DNA of 64,000 bases from an uncultured Chloroflexia bacterium (GTDB lineage Bacteria; Chloroflexota; Limnocylindria; Limnocylindrales; CSP1-4). The DNA is taken from contig CAWFLS010000021.1 in assembly GCA_963816675.1 (NCBI GenBank), forward strand, positions 88,652 through 152,651, given 5' to 3'. The notes below the pieces were generated by a model. The model searched no databases. It saw nothing but the letters and a program-made list of their open reading frames with translations, and had not been told where the DNA came from. Shown here one piece after another: positions 60,830 to 64,000 of the stretch; the first letter of the stretch is position 1, and each line of letters starts with the position of its first letter. Made by a program: the position numbers and the translations under genes.

Positions 60830-61073
60830 CAGCTCGACCGACGGGGCGCGTGTCGCTCAACTGTCGGCGACGATGTACCTCCCGCGTCTCTCCCAGCGTG
60901 CGTGGTCATTTGGCACGAGGCCGACGATCCTCCCAAATCGTCCGCGCCGACGTGCCCACGACGCGCCGCGAGACCATGCAAACGGGCCGCAGGCGTCAGA
61001 ACGCGCACATCATTGCCGCAGTCGTCCCGGACGTCAAATCCGTTTGCGTTCATCGAATCCGAAACGTCGGATC

Positions 61074-62579
61074 TCAATCGGGACACGGCATCTCGGCACC
61101 GGCCATCGGACGCCAGCGCAGGTTCGGCTGGCGGGCGGCGGTCACCTCGTCGAGCCGGCGCACGGGCGCGTCGTGCGGAGCGCCCGTCACGAGGTCCGGC
61201 TCGGCCTCGGCCTCGGCGGCGATCGCGATCAGCGCGTCGGCGAATGCGTCGAGCGTCTCGACCGATTCGGTCTCGGTCGGCTCGATCAGCATGCCCTCCT
61301 CGACGATCAGCGGGAAGTAGATCGTCGGCGGGTGGAAGCCCTTGTCGATGAGGCGCTTGGCGATGTCGAGGGTCCGGACGCCGGTCCGCTTCTTGATCGA
61401 CGCGGCCGACGCGACGAACTCGTGCTTGCAGGCCCGGTCGTACGGGATGTCGTAGGTCGCCCGCGATCCGGTGCATCAGGTAGTTCGCGGCCAGGACCGC
61501 GTCGTCGCTGACCTCGCGCAGACCCGGATGCGCCGTGCGCGCGGATGTAGGCGTAGGCGCGGACGAGGACACCGGTGTTGCCGACGAAGCTCCGCATCCG
61601 CCCGATCGAGGTCGGACCGCTCGCCGATCCGCTCCAGGCGGAAGGTGCCGTCGTCACCGCGAAGGACGCGCGGCTCGGGCAGGAACGGCAGGAGCGTCTC
61701 CCCCACCCCGACCGGGCCGGCTCCCGGACCGCCGCCGCCGTGGGGCGTCGAGAACGTCTTGTGGACGTTGAAATGCATGACGTCGAAGCCGGCCTCGCCC
61801 GGCTTGAACCGGCCCATGATCGCGTTCAGGTTGGCGCCGTCCATGTACGCGAGGGCGCCGACGTCGTGGACCGCCTCGAGGCAGCTCGCCGATCCGCGAC
61901 TCGAACAGGCCGAGCGTCGACGGGTTCGTGATCATCACGGCCGCGGAGCGCGGTCCGAGCGCCGCCCGGAACGCGTCGAGGTCGACGCCGCCGTCCGGGG
62001 CCGACTGGACGGTGATGGTCCGGTACCCGGCCATCGACGCGGTGGCGGGGTTCGTGCCGTGGCTCGAGTCCGGGACGAGGACCTCGTCGCGCGCCGTGTC
62101 GCCGCGCGACCGATGGTAGGCACGGATCATCAGGATCCCGGTCAGCTCGCCCTGGGCGCCGGCCGCGGGCTGCAGCGTCACGGCTCGCATCCCCGAGATC
62201 TCGGCGAGCGCGCCTTCGAGCTCCCACAGCAGCTGGAGGCTGCCCTGGGCCGCCTCGTCGGGCGTCAGCGGATGGAGCTCCGCAAAGCCGCGCAGGCGAG
62301 CGGCCCATTCGTTGAGCTTCGGGATTGAACTTCATCGTGCACGAGCCGAGCGGGTAGAACCCGGTGTCGACCGCGTAGTTCAGGTGCGACAGGTTGACGT
62401 AGTGGCGGACGACGTCCGGCTCGTTCATCTCGGGGAGCGCCGGCGGCGTCTCGCGCAGCGCAGTCGTTCGGGATCCGGTCGAGGGCGTCCTTTGGCGGAT
62501 GCGGGATCTTGCCGCCACCACGGCCGGGCCGGCTTCGCTCGAAGAGCGTCGGCTGGAGACGCGATCCGACGACGCTCAT
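61074..62579 (-). CDS. gcvPB: Glycine dehydrogenase (aminomethyl-transferring) subunit 2, frame-disrupted
   Basis: 62265..62579 has [34 protein letters not shown]. 61826..62521 has [39 protein letters not shown]. 61654..62190 has [54 protein letters not shown] and [13 protein letters not shown]. 61476..61844 has [47 protein letters not shown], with the PLP lysine in HxNxHKTF. 61074..61292 has [29 protein letters not shown]. About 7 frame changes. Confidence 0.92.
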
Positions 62580-63968
62580 CGCGCCGCTCCGGCCAGCGGC
62601 GTCATCTCGGCGATGACGTCGGCGATCGCCCGGCGAAGCGGGCGATCTCGTCGCTCGTGGTGACCTCCGTCGCGCAGAGCAGCAGGCCGTCGGACAGGCT
62701 CGGATCGAACGGCTCGGCGTCGGCGAGGACCAGTCCGGCGAGGAACCCCTCGTCCATCAGCCGCCGATGGACCGCGGGCGCGTCCGGCACGGACACGACG
62801 AACTCGTTGAGGTACGGCCCGGCGTGCAGCCGCCTGACACCGACCTCGGCGAGGGCCGCCTCGAGCTCCGCGGCGCGCGCCGCGCCGAGCGCGGCGACGT
62901 CTCGCAGGCCGTGGGGACCGATCGTGGCGAGATAGATCGACGCGGCGAGCGCGAGAAGTGCCTGGTTCGTGCAGATGTTGCTCGCTGCCTTGTCGCGGCG
63001 GATGTCCTGCTCACGGGCACGCATCGTCATGACGAACGCCCGCTTCCCGTCGAGGTCGGTCGTCATGCCGACGAGACGACCCGGGATCTGGCGGACGAGG
63101 GCGTCGGTGGAGGCGAGGATGCCGAGGTACGGACCGCCAAAGCTCGGCGCGATGCCGAGCGGCTGGCCCTCGCCGGCCGCGATATCGGCGCCGTACGCCC
63201 CGGGCGGGGCGAGCACCGCGAGGCTCACCGGCTCGATGACGGCCACGAACAGTGCACCGGCGGCGTGCGCCAGGCGACCGATCTCGGGCATCGGCTCGAG
63301 CAGGCCGAAGAAGTTCGGGCTGAGCCGCGATCACGCCCGCGACCGGCGCGTCGCGATCGGCAAGCATCTCCTCGAGCGCCTCGAGGTCCGTCGTGCCTGC
63401 GGCGTCACCCTCGGTCGACGAGCGGGATCTCGTCGAGGACGAGCCCGCCCGAGAAGTACGTCTGGAGCGTCTGCCGATAGTGCGGATGGACGCCGCGCGA
63501 AACGAGCACCCGGTCGCGCCGGGTCGCGCGGCAGGTCATGAGCGCCGCTTCGGCCGTGGCGGCGGCACCGTCGTAGTGGGACGCCGACACGACGTCGAGG
63601 TCGACGAGCTCGGCCGAGGAGCGACTCGTACTCGTAGATGCTCTGGAGCGTCCCCTGGCTGATCTCCGGCTGGTACGGCGTGTAGGCCGTGTACCACTCG
63701 CCACGGAGCAGGATCTGGTCCACGGCCGGCGGGCTCCAGTGGCGGTAGACGCCCGCGCCGAGGAACGACACGAGGTCGGTCCGGTTCCGCGCGGCGAGGC
63801 CTCGCAGCCGAGCGGCGAGCTCGAGCTCGGGCTCGGGCGGCGGCAGGTCGAGCGACGACGCGCGAAGCTCGACCGGGATGTCCTCGAACAGCTCGTCGAC
63901 CGATGTCGAGGCCGAGCGTCCTGAAGCATGTGCTCGCGGTCGTCGGCGGTGTGCGGCCCGTACGGCAC
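62576..63968 (-). CDS. gcvPA: Glycine dehydrogenase (aminomethyl-transferring) subunit 1, frame-disrupted
   Basis: GTG 63968 gives [16 protein letters not shown] (63405..63968). 63331..63771 has [51 protein letters not shown]. The 63405.. frame has [54 protein letters not shown]. 62602..63291 has [106 protein letters not shown]. The stop overlaps the gcvPB ATG (ATGA). Confidence 0.92.
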
Positions 63969-63973
63969 GGCCG

Positions 63974-64000
63974 TCAGCCTGCCGCGATCAGGGCGTCGTA
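63974..64000 (-). CDS. 3' end of an upstream gene, probably glycine cleavage protein H (only 8 codons visible)
   Basis: The reverse strand reads ...YDALIAAG* with TGA at 63974..63976, 5 nt before the gcvPA start. The identity is guessed only from gcv context. Confidence 0.25.
   Translation of the reverse strand, partial: YDALIAAG

Overview
Very GC-rich bacterial chromosomal segment; codon third positions are almost always G/C. Gene content and local synteny look actinobacterium-like: a ligA-gatCAB neighbourhood, metG-tatD-lipoprotein, an LprG-type lipoprotein, CIRCE-controlled groES-groEL, and -10 boxes placed directly in front of start codons. The split gcvPA/gcvPB suggests a deep-branching lineage, and taxonomy cannot be fixed from sequence alone. 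The window is almost entirely housekeeping: gatB...gatA-gatC, ligA, pcrA, groES-groEL, tatD, metG, and an 11-gene purine supercluster (purA-D-B-C-S-Q-L-F-M-N-H, 26.7-40.1 kb). It also holds ssb, rsmI, nadE, two convergent five-gene peptide/nickel-type ABC importer operons (48.1-60.7 kb) and gcvH-gcvPA-gcvPB. Accessory genes are two MFS transporters, an ArsR-type regulator, a HAL-family lyase, an enolase-superfamily enzyme, a GGDEF/HD-GYP protein, two GNATs, a DUF1269 protein and a Ca2+/H+ antiporter. I found no rRNA, tRNA, CRISPR array, transposase, integrase, phage or recognisable defence or toxin module. The dominant peculiarity is that nearly every conserved gene is cut into 2-9 reading-frame segments by single-base indels. 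This is why the ORF track shows overlapping fragments and long Arg/Pro/Ala-rich chimeric ORFs. Indispensable genes are hit, so I read this as consensus or assembly error rather than biology. All gene ends are therefore approximate. I did not find a convincing novel multi-gene system. The most unusual biological-looking signals are: (1) a substrate-binding-protein gene whose domain order appears circularly permuted; (2) a CCCGGAC(G) repeat shared by the leaders of both ABC operons; (3) a HAL-family lyase lacking the Gly of the Ala-Ser-Gly MIO triad; (4) two pur gene junctions with no stop codon.
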